DNA from: Verrucomicrobiota bacterium
GTDB lineage: Bacteria; Verrucomicrobiota; Verrucomicrobiia; Limisphaerales; CANJXF01
Assembly: GCA_038214755.1 (NCBI GenBank)
Contig: JBBQRQ010000053.1
Span: 1-34,416, forward strand
Length of the DNA: 34,416 bases
Direction: 5' to 3'
Shown here piece after piece: positions 16,158 through 24,386 of this stretch. Each line of letters starts with the position of its first letter. Position 1 is the first letter of the stretch. Under the pieces are notes generated by a model. It searched no databases, was not told the DNA's origin, and saw only the letters and a list, made by a program, of their open reading frames with translations. Both the position numbers and the translations under genes were made by a program.

Positions 16158-18461
16158 TCATCGCAAAAATGCTTCGTGCAATCCGCCGTCCACCGTGATG
16201 ATTTGTCCCGTCGTTTTGCTCAACCGCTTCGTCAACAAAAGAAAAAATGCTTCGGCTTGATCGGCGGGTGTGATTGGACTTTTGGTCAGCGTTCGGTCGG
16301 CATAAAATTTTGCCAGCTTCGTCGTCAACGATTGCGTCGCTTCGTCATCGGTGTAGGCAATATTATATTTCGCGAGGCTCGCAATGACGCGCTCGCGGGG
16401 AAACATGGCGCTGCCCTGCACGACGGTGGCGGGCGCGACGCCGTTCACGCGCACCAGCGGAGAGAGTTCCACCGCCAATTCGCGCACGAGATGATTGGCG
16501 GCGGCTTTCGATGTGTCGTAGGCGACTGAACCTTTTTTCGCGACAACGGCATTTGCGCTCGTCGTCAAAACCAGATTTCCGGCGAGGCCTTGCTCCTTCC
16601 AGATTTTCGCGGCTTCATCGGCGACGATGTATGCGCCCGTCACGTTGATCGCAAAAGTCAGCGCCCATTTCTCATCTGGAATGTGGCCGGTGGTATCGGG
16701 AGCGACAAAAATTCCAGCGGTCACCGCGATGGAATCAAACCCGCCATACGCCAGCGCGACTTCATCGAGCATCGCGCGAACACTGGCTCGATCAGTGATG
16801 TTGGCGGACAAACCAATCGCCGGGCCGCAGTTGGAAATTCCCGTCCCCGCGACGCCAATTCCCAAACCATATTTATCCGTGATTTCTTTTGCGGTCGCCT
16901 GCGCGGCGTCCGCATTCAAATCCACGCAAACAAGGTGCGCGCCTTCTTTGACCAGGCGATGCGCCACTTCTTTTCCGATGCCAGAACCGGCGCCGACGAC
17001 GACGACCACCTGTCGCGCCAATTCTTTTTCCGCAGGCATTCGTTGCAACTTCGCTTCTTCGAGCAGCCAATATTCGATGTCGAACGCTTCCTGTTGCGGC
17101 AGCGAAATATATTTATCAATCGCCTCCGCGCCGCGCATCACTTCCACTGCGCAATTGTAAAATTCCGCCGTGACCCGCGATTCACTTTTGTCTTTGCCCC
17201 ACGCGATCATGCCGAGGCCGGGAATCAAAATGACCGTGGGATTCGGGTCGCGCATCGCGGGAGAATTGGTGCGTTTGCATTTGTTGTAATAGGCCGCGTA
17301 ATCCTCGCGATACTTTTTCAAGCCGTCGGTCAGTTTTGTTTTTAGTTCGGCGACAAATGCGTCAATGGGGGCCTCGTGCGAAAGTAGGGCGGGCGTTTCG
17401 CCTGCCCCGCCAAGCGCAACGCGGCGAAGGCTCGCGCTATCGCGTTCGCTGGGCAGGCGAGACGCCTGCCCTACTTTCAACGCCACATACAACGGTTTGA
17501 TTTTCGTGCGAAGAAAATGGTCGGGACAACTCGTGCCGAGTTCGGCTAGACGCGCAGCATCTTTTGAGTTCACAAATCGCAAAATCTTTTCGTCATCCTG
17601 AATCGTGCCGATGAAACGTTTCTGCTGGCTGACCTCCCCGCGCAACCACGGAAGAAGCTTTGCAAAAACTTTTTTGCGGGTCGCTTCGGGCAACGTTTCG
17701 TGCATCGCGCCGCCAAAGACTTTCGCGTCGCCGCCTTTCTCCGCGTATTTTTTCTCGATGAATTGCGCAGCGCGATCAATCAACTCCAGCGAAAGAAAAT
17801 AACATTCCTGATCTTCGTTCGCCCAATTAATCAGGCCGTGTTGCCCCATCATGATTCCCTTTGCGTTGGGTTTTTCCTGGCAAATTTTTTGCATCGCCAA
17901 ACCGAGTTCAAATCCCGGACGCAACCACGGCGTATGAATCACTTCGTCGCCGTAAATTTCTTTGGTGAGCCGCACGGAATTTTCCGAAGCCGCCACCGAA
18001 ATCGCCGCGTTGGGATGTGTATGATCGACGTGCTTGAACGGAATAAACGAATGCAACGGCGTGTCGATGGACGACGCGCGCGGATTCAAATTGAACGTGG
18101 TGTGATTATACATCGCCACCATATCGTCTTCGGCGGGCGTCTTCGGTCCTCTTTCTTTCGCGCCCCCGTAAACTTTTTGCAGCGACATCAACTTGTCCTG
18201 GTAGAGTGATGAAAAATTTTCCTTCGTCGAAGTCCGCAAGTCGCCGCCCGAACCTTTGACCCAAAGCACTTCCACGCGTTCGCCGGTGAGCGGATCGGCT
18301 TCCTGCAATTTCGCCGAAGTATTTCCGCCCCCGGTGTTGGTGATGCGTTGATCGCTGCCGAGTTTGTTCGAGCGATAAATCAATCGCGCCACCGGATCGA
18401 GTTTTGAAACCTCCGCGTCGTCCCAGAGATTATTGACGTGTCTAAAATCTTTGTCGGACAT
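16158..18461 (-). CDS. Bifunctional rhamnulose-1-phosphate aldolase / short-chain dehydrogenase, with an in-frame repeat insertion
   Basis: GGGNTSAK, VKGSGGDL, SIDTPLH, HTHP, GTSCPDHFLRTK, IEYWLLEEAKL, GAGSGIG, YDTSK. Confidence 0.92.
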   Translation of the reverse strand: MSDKDFRHVNNLWDDAEVSKLDPVARLIYRSNKLGSDQRITNTGGGNTSAKLQEADPLTGERVEVLWVKGSGGDLRTSTKENFSSLYQDKLMSLQKVYGGAKERGPKTPAEDDMVAMYNHTTFNLNPRASSIDTPLHSFIPFKHVDHTHPNAAISVAASENSVRLTKEIYGDEVIHTPWLRPGFELGLAMQKICQEKPNAKGIMMGQHGLINWANEDQECYFLSLELIDRAAQFIEKKYAEKGGDAKVFGGAMHETLPEATRKKVFAKLLPWLRGEVSQQKRFIGTIQDDEKILRFVNSKDAARLAELGTSCPDHFLRTKIKPLYVALKVGQASRLPSERDSASLRRVALGGAGETPALLSHEAPIDAFVAELKTKLTDGLKKYREDYAAYYNKCKRTNSPAMRDPNPTVILIPGLGMIAWGKDKSESRVTAEFYNCAVEVMRGAEAIDKYISLPQQEAFDIEYWLLEEAKLQRMPAEKELARQVVVVVGAGSGIGKEVAHRLVKEGAHLVCVDLNADAAQATAKEITDKYGLGIGVAGTGISNCGPAIGLSANITDRASVRAMLDEVALAYGGFDSIAVTAGIFVAPDTTGHIPDEKWALTFAINVTGAYIVADEAAKIWKEQGLAGNLVLTTSANAVVAKKGSVAYDTSKAAANHLVRELAVELSPLVRVNGVAPATVVQGSAMFPRERVIASLAKYNIAYTDDEATQSLTTKLAKFYADRTLTKSPITPADQAEAFFLLLTKRLSKTTGQIITVDGGLHEAFLR
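17380..17478. repeat. REP-like doublet, family E, inside the aldolase/SDR coding sequence
   Basis: 28-bp arms gaaagtagggcgggcgtttcgcctgccc / gggcaggcgagacgcctgccctactttc (2 mismatches); 99 bp, frame preserved. Confidence 0.92.
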
Positions 18462-18612
18462 AAAAATCAACGAGAAGCTAAAGTCGTGCGAAAGCAGGAA
18501 CAATGATTTTTTGCGTGGGGAGATGCCATTTTAAAACTGCTGGCAAACATCGAGAATATTTCGTCGCAAGAATCGGGTGGGAGCGGCCATCTTGTCGCGG
18601 CAGATTGGTCGC

Positions 18613-19470
18613 ATGAATGATTACGAACGCATCGCGCGAGTCATCCGTTTTCTGGACGAACGGCAGTTGGAGCAGCCGGCCTTGGCAGAGTTGGCGCAGC
18701 GCGCGGGCTTGAGCCAATTTCATTTTCATCGCCTGTTCACGACGTGGGCGGGTGTCACGCCGAAAGATTTTCTGCAATGCCTCACGCTCGCGCGCGCGAA
18801 GGAATTACTGCGCGCCGGTGAAAGTATTCTGGAGGTCGCACTGGAATCCGGCTTGTCCGGGCCGGGACGATTGCACGATCTCTGCGTCACTCTCGAAGCT
18901 GCTTCGCCGGGAGAATTGAAATCGGGCGGCGTGGGCTGGACGATTTCGTTCGGCGTGGCTGACAGTCCGTTTGGAAAATGTTTGCTCGCGGAAGGCGCGC
19001 GCGGAATTTGTCATTTGATGTTTTTTGAGAGTGAGAATGAGAAAATCCATTTGGCCGAATTAAAAAAAGATTGGCCCAATGCGAAATGGCAACGAAATGA
19101 TTTCCTCGCCACTCAACTTGCCAAAAAAATTTTTACACGAACTTTCGATTCAAATTCAAAACCCGCCTTGCGCGCGTTCGTTCGCGGCACGCCCTTTCAA
19201 GTGCGCGTTTGGAAGGCATTGCTGCAAGTTCCGCCTGGCGCGCTCAGCAGTTATGGACGATTGGCCAACAGCATTGGCAAACCCGCGGCCGCGCGCGCGG
19301 TTGGAACAGCCGTTGCGCAAAATCCCCTCGCGTATCTCATTCCGTGCCATCGCGTGATTCGCGAGACGGGCGTGATTGGAAATTATCATTGGGGACCGAT
19401 TCGCAAGCGCGCAATGATCGCGTGGGAAAGTTCGCGCTTCAACACCGGGCGTTTTGAATTGGCTCACTGA
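18613..19470 (+). CDS. Ada-like protein: AraC-type HTH + methylated-DNA--protein-cysteine methyltransferase
   Basis: LSQFHFHRLF..WAGVTPK, GTPFQVRVW, ARAVGTA, PCHRV active site. Confidence 0.93.
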   Translation: MNDYERIARVIRFLDERQLEQPALAELAQRAGLSQFHFHRLFTTWAGVTPKDFLQCLTLARAKELLRAGESILEVALESGLSGPGRLHDLCVTLEAASPGELKSGGVGWTISFGVADSPFGKCLLAEGARGICHLMFFESENEKIHLAELKKDWPNAKWQRNDFLATQLAKKIFTRTFDSNSKPALRAFVRGTPFQVRVWKALLQVPPGALSSYGRLANSIGKPAAARAVGTAVAQNPLAYLIPCHRVIRETGVIGNYHWGPIRKRAMIAWESSRFNTGRFELAH

Positions 19471-19471
19471 T

Positions 19472-19826
19472 AAACCCGAAATCCGAAATCCGAGAGCCGA
19501 AAGAAATCCGAAGCCCGAAAGCTGAACGCGCCGCGGAAATGGGCGGGCCGCAAAACACTTTCACGGGCACGGGCCCGTGTGGGCGCATCTCGAGGACGTG
19601 TTGCCCAAATGGAGATGACGCCGAGGGAGGGCGGCGTTCACGCCGCTTCAACCCCCCCACGCCAGAGTGTCGTGGGAGTTCATTGAAATTTTCTGCGCTC
19701 GTGAGCCGAAGCGGCGTCAACGCCGCGCTCCAATGGTGGTGGTGTCAAGATGCGCCCGGTCCGATTCCCTTTCGGTCTTCGGATTTCGGATTTCTTTCGG
19801 ATTTCGGGGATTCGGATTTCGGAGTT
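19472..19826. repeat. Nested palindromic structure: inverted (TTCGGAT)n heptamer arrays > 10-bp IR > REP-like doublet family G
   Basis: Arrays at 19472-19521 and 19769-19826; gggcgcatct (19581) / agatgcgccc (19748-19757); ggagggcggcgttcacgccgcttc / gaagcggcgtcaacgccgcgctcc (19626-19731). Confidence 0.85.
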
Positions 19827-19938
19827 GAAGATAAACCGCTTCGTGAAATTAGTTTTGAATCTTTTTCCCCATCACCGCTGGTTCGTTTTGGAAATTTCGC
19901 GCACTTGTGGATTTTTTTTGAACGGCGAAAATACGTTC

Positions 19939-20748
19939 ATGGACGACACCGAGCGAATCATCCGCGGCTATCGAGGCGAGCCGATCGACCTGCAAATTGT
20001 TTTGGACAAGGTCAAATCGTTGACCGAAAGAAACGGTTGGCGTCGCGATTCGGTGAGCCTCGTGAACGAGAGCGCGACGCAAGAAGTTGATCTGCTCGCT
20101 TATCATCGCATCAGCAAACCATCGCTGCATCGCATTTATCTTTCTACGGGAATTCACGGCGACGAACCGGCTGGCCCTCTCTCCGTGTTGCAATTGCTCA
20201 AAGAAAATAGCTGGCCGGCCGGCGTCGATATTTTTCTGTGTCCCTGTTTGAACCTGACCGGCTTCCCTTTAAATCGCCGCGAGAACGCGAAAGGCATCGA
20301 TCTAAACCGCGATTATCGTGACACACAAACGAACGAGATTCGCAGCCACATCGAGTGGCTGAAACGCAAACCGCGTTTCGACGTCTCGCTCTGTCTGCAC
20401 GAAGATTGGGAGTCAAAAGGTTTTTATCTTTACGAATTGAATCCCGACGACCAGCCGTCGTTCGCCAAAAAAATTATTAGCCGGGTCGCGGAAGTTTGCC
20501 CCATCGACCGCAGCCCGACCATCGACAATTGGCCCGCGGAAAACGGGGTGATTCATCCGAACAAAAATCCGTTCGACCGCCCCCAGTGGCCCGAGGCGCT
20601 TTATTTGATTACGAATAAAACGCGCCTCTCCTACACGTTGGAAGCGCCGTCCAGCTTATCATTGGCAACTCGCGTCAGCGCCTTGACCAAAGGCGTTCGC
20701 GCCGTCCTCGACTCGATCAGCGACCATCCGATTCTGAGGACGGAATGA
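19939..20748 (+). CDS. M14-family zinc carboxypeptidase / succinylglutamate desuccinylase-like
   Basis: GIHGDEPAG, RENAKGIDLNRDY, LHED, TLEAPS. Confidence 0.88.
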   Translation: MDDTERIIRGYRGEPIDLQIVLDKVKSLTERNGWRRDSVSLVNESATQEVDLLAYHRISKPSLHRIYLSTGIHGDEPAGPLSVLQLLKENSWPAGVDIFLCPCLNLTGFPLNRRENAKGIDLNRDYRDTQTNEIRSHIEWLKRKPRFDVSLCLHEDWESKGFYLYELNPDDQPSFAKKIISRVAEVCPIDRSPTIDNWPAENGVIHPNKNPFDRPQWPEALYLITNKTRLSYTLEAPSSLSLATRVSALTKGVRAVLDSISDHPILRTE

Positions 20749-20815
20749 TTTGTCCGGTAATTTTTGAGGCACCGATGTAGCGATTGAGATCAAGCTCTGA
20801 AAAAAATATTTTTTT

Positions 20816-21211
20816 ATGACCAAAAAAGAAATCAAACACCCCGAAAAAGAAAAAAGCACTGGCGCCTATTCCGCGGCTGTGGAAATCGACGGCTGGGTTT
20901 ACGTCAGCGGGCAAGCGCCGTTGAATGCGAAGACCGCGGAAGTCATCCGCGGCACCATCGAGGAAGAAACGCAACTGACGCTCACGCACATCGAAAAGAT
21001 TTTGCGCGCCGCTGGCTGCACTTTGAATGACATTGTGAAAAGCACCGTGCATTTGTCCGACATCGAAGACTTCGACCGCTTCAACGCCGTTTACAAAAAC
21101 TTTTTCAAAGATGTTCCCGTTCTTCCCGCGCGAACGACGGTTCAGTCCAAACTGTGGAATGAGATAAAAGTGGAGATCGATGTCGTAGCGCGAAAAAGCG
21201 CTCTCCACTGA
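20816..21211 (+). CDS. RidA/YjgF family protein
   Basis: YSAAV, VYVSGQ, FNAVY, PARTTV, VEID. Confidence 0.93.
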   Translation: MTKKEIKHPEKEKSTGAYSAAVEIDGWVYVSGQAPLNAKTAEVIRGTIEEETQLTLTHIEKILRAAGCTLNDIVKSTVHLSDIEDFDRFNAVYKNFFKDVPVLPARTTVQSKLWNEIKVEIDVVARKSALH

Positions 21212-21251
21212 AAACCTGCTCGCCACTTTTTGCCTATTCACCTAATCTTCG

Positions 21252-21308
21252 TCCATGAACGCGCTTTATTACGGGGACAATCTCAATGTTCTCCGCGAGC
21301 AGATCAAA
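21252..21308 (+). pseudogene. Duplicate of the methyltransferase 5' end (18 codons)
   Basis: 57-bp direct repeat with 21798-21854, one mismatch; MNALYYGDNLNVLREQIK. Confidence 0.88.
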
Positions 21309-21450
21309 AGGCGCAGTCGGGCGCAGTACAGCTTTGTAAGAAATTAAGAAATTGTAATTTTAAATTCCTTGCCCCCTTCGGTTCACGGTGCTTGTGTAAT
21401 GACGCGATCGGTCAAACGCACCAAAGGAAAATCAAACGAAAGAAAAAACA

Positions 21451-21663
21451 ATGAAACTAATGAAACTACTGGCACTGCTCCGATTGCTGTTGATGATTTC
21501 GGCCCTTGCGGCCGGGACTTCTGTCACGGCTCTCGCCGCCCATCACACCTCGCAACCCATCTCCCGAGCAGAGAAGGAAGATAACGACCAGGTTGAAGAT
21601 GAAAATGAGGACGAGGACGATGACGACGACGAAGATGAAGACGAAGAGGATGACGATAATTAA
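21451..21663 (+). CDS. Small secreted protein with Asp/Glu-rich tail
   Basis: Signal-peptide-like N-terminus, A-rich leader, D/E tail, downstream terminator. Confidence 0.7.
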   Translation: MKLMKLLALLRLLLMISALAAGTSVTALAAHHTSQPISRAEKEDNDQVEDENEDEDDDDDEDEDEEDDDN

Positions 21664-21694
21664 AAAGGTCGGCTGAAATCTCGTTCAGTTCTTA

Positions 21695-21738
21695 AACCGC
21701 TGCCAGGACTTAGGTCTTGGCCGCGGTTGACTTTTTTT
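21695..21738 (+). terminator. Rho-independent terminator candidate
   Basis: aaccgctgccaggac-ttag-gtcttggccgcggtt followed by a T7 run. Confidence 0.6.
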
Positions 21739-21763
21739 CCCAGACATCGCGTTGCCGCCAGAC

Positions 21764-21792
21764 TTGCACTCGCCACTGCCAACAATTTTAAT
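21764..21792 (+). promoter_or_regulatory. Sigma70-like promoter, probably near-leaderless, for the methyltransferase stub
   Basis: TTGCAC-17 bp-TTTAAT, 8 nt before ATG 21801. Confidence 0.4.
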
Positions 21793-21800
21793 CTCGCTCC

Positions 21801-22061
21801 ATGAACGCGCTTTATTACGGGGACAATCTCCATGTTCTCCGCGAGCAGATCAAAGACGAGAGCGTCGATTTGATTTACCTCGACCCGCCGTTTAATTCCA
21901 AGCGCGATTACAATCTCCTCTTCAAATCGCCCAAATCTGTAGCGGCGGTCTGTGACCGCCTTGGGAAGGAGGAAGGCGAGAAATCGGCTGTCACAGACAA
22001 CCGCTACAGCGAGGCGCAGATTACCGCCTTTGAAGATTCGGGCATTAAATTCACATTATGA
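21801..22061 (+). pseudogene. N-terminal fragment of an N4/N6 DNA methyltransferase
   Basis: LYYGDNL, SVDLIYLDPPFNS (DPPF motif IV), AFED then loss of similarity; no motif I (FxGxG) region. Confidence 0.9.
21937..22009. repeat. REP-like doublet, family H, inside the methyltransferase fragment
   Basis: ctgtagcggcggtctgtgaccgcc ... ggctgtcacagacaaccgctacag; related copy at 34348-34416. Confidence 0.88.
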
Positions 22062-22880
22062 AATTCATCTCCGTTTTAATCTTTGTTACGTTCTCAACAA
22101 TTGTAACTGCGTCAACGAGTTTGGCCGTTGAACCAACCAATTCTGCACGGACCGCCACAGAAAAGGAATCTCTCGGTACCCATCTTTCGATTCGAGACTA
22201 TCTGGAAATGATTTCGTTTGGTGCAACGATTGCAACCGCTATCGTTGCCATGATTGCGCTGAGCCAACTCCGCCTAGCACGCTTGCAGCTAAAGGTTGGA
22301 ACAGAAGCTTTGAGTGTTGCTCAAGAGGACATCAAAATTCGATCGAGGCGCGAGGCTGTCGCACTGGCCGCTGAACGATGCGAGGATCTAGGCAATGTAA
22401 AGTTCCCTATAATAAGACTCGCTGAAGGCGATTGAAGGAAAAGGGGTTCAATTACAACAATGGGAACTAAACAATAAATTATTCGATCATACTTGCCTTA
22501 AGGATTTACCTGGTTCGCGAGCTTGGCTTCAGCAAGTGCATTCAAAAAATTCAAATTCCCACGCTGTCAATGTTCTTAATCAGCTAGAAGGATTTGCGAT
22601 TTTCTTTGCAAACGGCGCCGCAGATGAGGAAGTCGCATTTCCGGTTGCAGCGATCCCATTCTGTGATTATGTCGAAATGTTTGCCCCCTGCTTGATAGCG
22701 ATGCGTAGCAACACTCTTGCAGGATTCACTTCAGGAAAATATGCCAACACAGTCCGCTTGTACGAAATCTGGGCGGATCGCATAAGAGTCGAAGAAATTG
22801 AAGCACAGACAAAGGATGCGGCAAAGGAGCTTGGCTCACTTAAGAGGGAAAAAATCAAAATAATTGGAGATCGAGCGTGA
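22058..22880 (+). pseudogene. Frameshifted membrane-anchored protein, DUF4760-like
   Basis: ORFs 22058-22435 and 22536-22880 join via a shift near 22410-22420 (second frame open from about 22416); VLNQLEGFAIFFANGAADEE...YANTVRLYEIW resembles DUF4760. Confidence 0.6.
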
Positions 22881-22892
22881 GTCTGTTCTAGC

Positions 22893-23144
22893 AAACGCGA
22901 GAACGCGGAGATCGCGCTGTTCATTTCGCTCGACCCGCCCACGAAAGGAATGACGGCAGACGCGGCGAGCGAAGGTTTTTACGAAAGTCCCAACGGCAAG
23001 AAATTTCCCCGCGTGCAACTGCTGACGATTGAAGGTTTGCTGGAAAAGAAACAACGCGCCGAACATCCCGATTATTTGCCGGATTTAAACTTCAAGAAAG
23101 CCAAAACAGAATCGAGCGAACACCAAACGGAATTGACCGTTTAG
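22893..23144 (+). pseudogene. C-terminal fragment of methyltransferase/Mrr-like endonuclease fusion
   Basis: KRENAEIALFISLDPPTKGMTADAASEGFYESPNGKKFPRVQLLTIEGLL resembles the C-terminus of MTase-Mrr fusion proteins whose N-termini begin LYYGDNL. Confidence 0.75.
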
Positions 23145-23172
23145 TTTCACACTGCGCAGAGTTGCCGTGTGA

Positions 23173-24282
23173 TCAATACCCCGGCTGCATATTCACGCTG
23201 ACCATTCGGGGCGCGACGCGCGTGAGTTCTTTTCCGGATTTGTCGTAAACCACTCCGAGCAGATGATGCGCGCCGGGAATGGCGACTTCCACCGGCCACT
23301 GGGCGGAGGCGCGGCGGAAATTTCCCTCGGTTTCAAACGTTTCAATTTTTCCGTCGAACTCGCCGAGCTTTTTTCCGTCGAGACTAAGAATGCGGAAGGC
23401 CACTTTTCCGATAGCGTCGTTGAAGTTGGGCGGCAGCGCCATCCAGCCGGTGACTTGCGGCTTGCCGGGCTGACCCCACGCGGTGTCGCAACGGATGGGA
23501 AACATCACCGCACCGGAATTTTTCCAATGCGCTGACTCCAGTTTTTCCACGAGTTGAATTTTGCCGAGGCTGGCCGGTTGTTGCACATTCAACGGACTCC
23601 CGAAAACGAATGAGCGGAAAACGCGCGGGCCGCCGTCGCTGTAACAGAGTTCCGCGTCGAGCGCGATGACCACGCCATCTTTCGCTTTGAATTCTGGAAA
23701 ATTCGCCCACGGCAATTTGAATTCCACTTCCATCCCATTGGCCGTGCGACGCGCGCCGACTTCGACGCCGGTTTTGGGAATCGCTTCCAGAAATCCGGGA
23801 CGCAAACAAAATCGCGGCACGACATTCGTCCCTTTCAAACCGCTCCAGTAACAATGCACCGCTCCGGCGCTCGGAGTTTTGGGCCAATCGTGGCTGCGAA
23901 AATTTTCGTCCTGGCGCGTGTCGAAATACCATTCCACCGCGTCGCCTTCCCAGAGATGCGCGTCATCGGCGCTGCTGTGCGGGTTGCGATCCAGCGTGCG
24001 CAGTCCGGCGTAAAAAGCCGCGTCGTCCCACATGTAAAAAAATTGCGCCGCCCGATCGCGCAAGCCGGGGTTCGCATCTTTTTTGTTGGGATTGTCCGGC
24101 TGAAAATATTCCAGGGGCGTGGCGAAAGCGTTTTTGAATTCGGACAAATCGCCGTCGATTTTCATTTCCTTTGGAGCGCGGGTGGCGAAACCGCGCACGC
24201 CTTCATCGTGTTGGTCCGCAAAAATATTTTTGGACGCGAGGGAAGCAAAAATAAGTGCGAGAATAAGCGAAGAAATTTTCAT
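23173..24282 (-). CDS. Secreted protein with CBM9/DOMON-like sugar-binding domain
   Basis: Signal peptide; IDGDLSEF, WDDAAFY, WEGDAVEWYFD, EFKLPW pattern. Confidence 0.75.
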   Translation of the reverse strand: MKISSLILALIFASLASKNIFADQHDEGVRGFATRAPKEMKIDGDLSEFKNAFATPLEYFQPDNPNKKDANPGLRDRAAQFFYMWDDAAFYAGLRTLDRNPHSSADDAHLWEGDAVEWYFDTRQDENFRSHDWPKTPSAGAVHCYWSGLKGTNVVPRFCLRPGFLEAIPKTGVEVGARRTANGMEVEFKLPWANFPEFKAKDGVVIALDAELCYSDGGPRVFRSFVFGSPLNVQQPASLGKIQLVEKLESAHWKNSGAVMFPIRCDTAWGQPGKPQVTGWMALPPNFNDAIGKVAFRILSLDGKKLGEFDGKIETFETEGNFRRASAQWPVEVAIPGAHHLLGVVYDKSGKELTRVAPRMVSVNMQPGY

Positions 24283-24386
24283 AGGTTTATCGCATATTAG
24301 TCGCGAGAAAACTTCCCGCAACGCCGAAAAGTGCTGCCCTTAATTGTTCCGGGTGACGGGCGGCCAAAACGCCAACATCTTGAATT

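Noticed and set aside
16048..16161. N-terminal extensions in the ORF track (amidase; also mraY, murG, M14 peptidase, adenosyltransferase)
   Set aside because: They run through repeats or neighbouring genes; downstream starts match family N-termini or signal peptides
21801..23144. Functional restriction-modification system
   Set aside because: SAM-binding motif and nuclease core are missing; only terminal fragments remain
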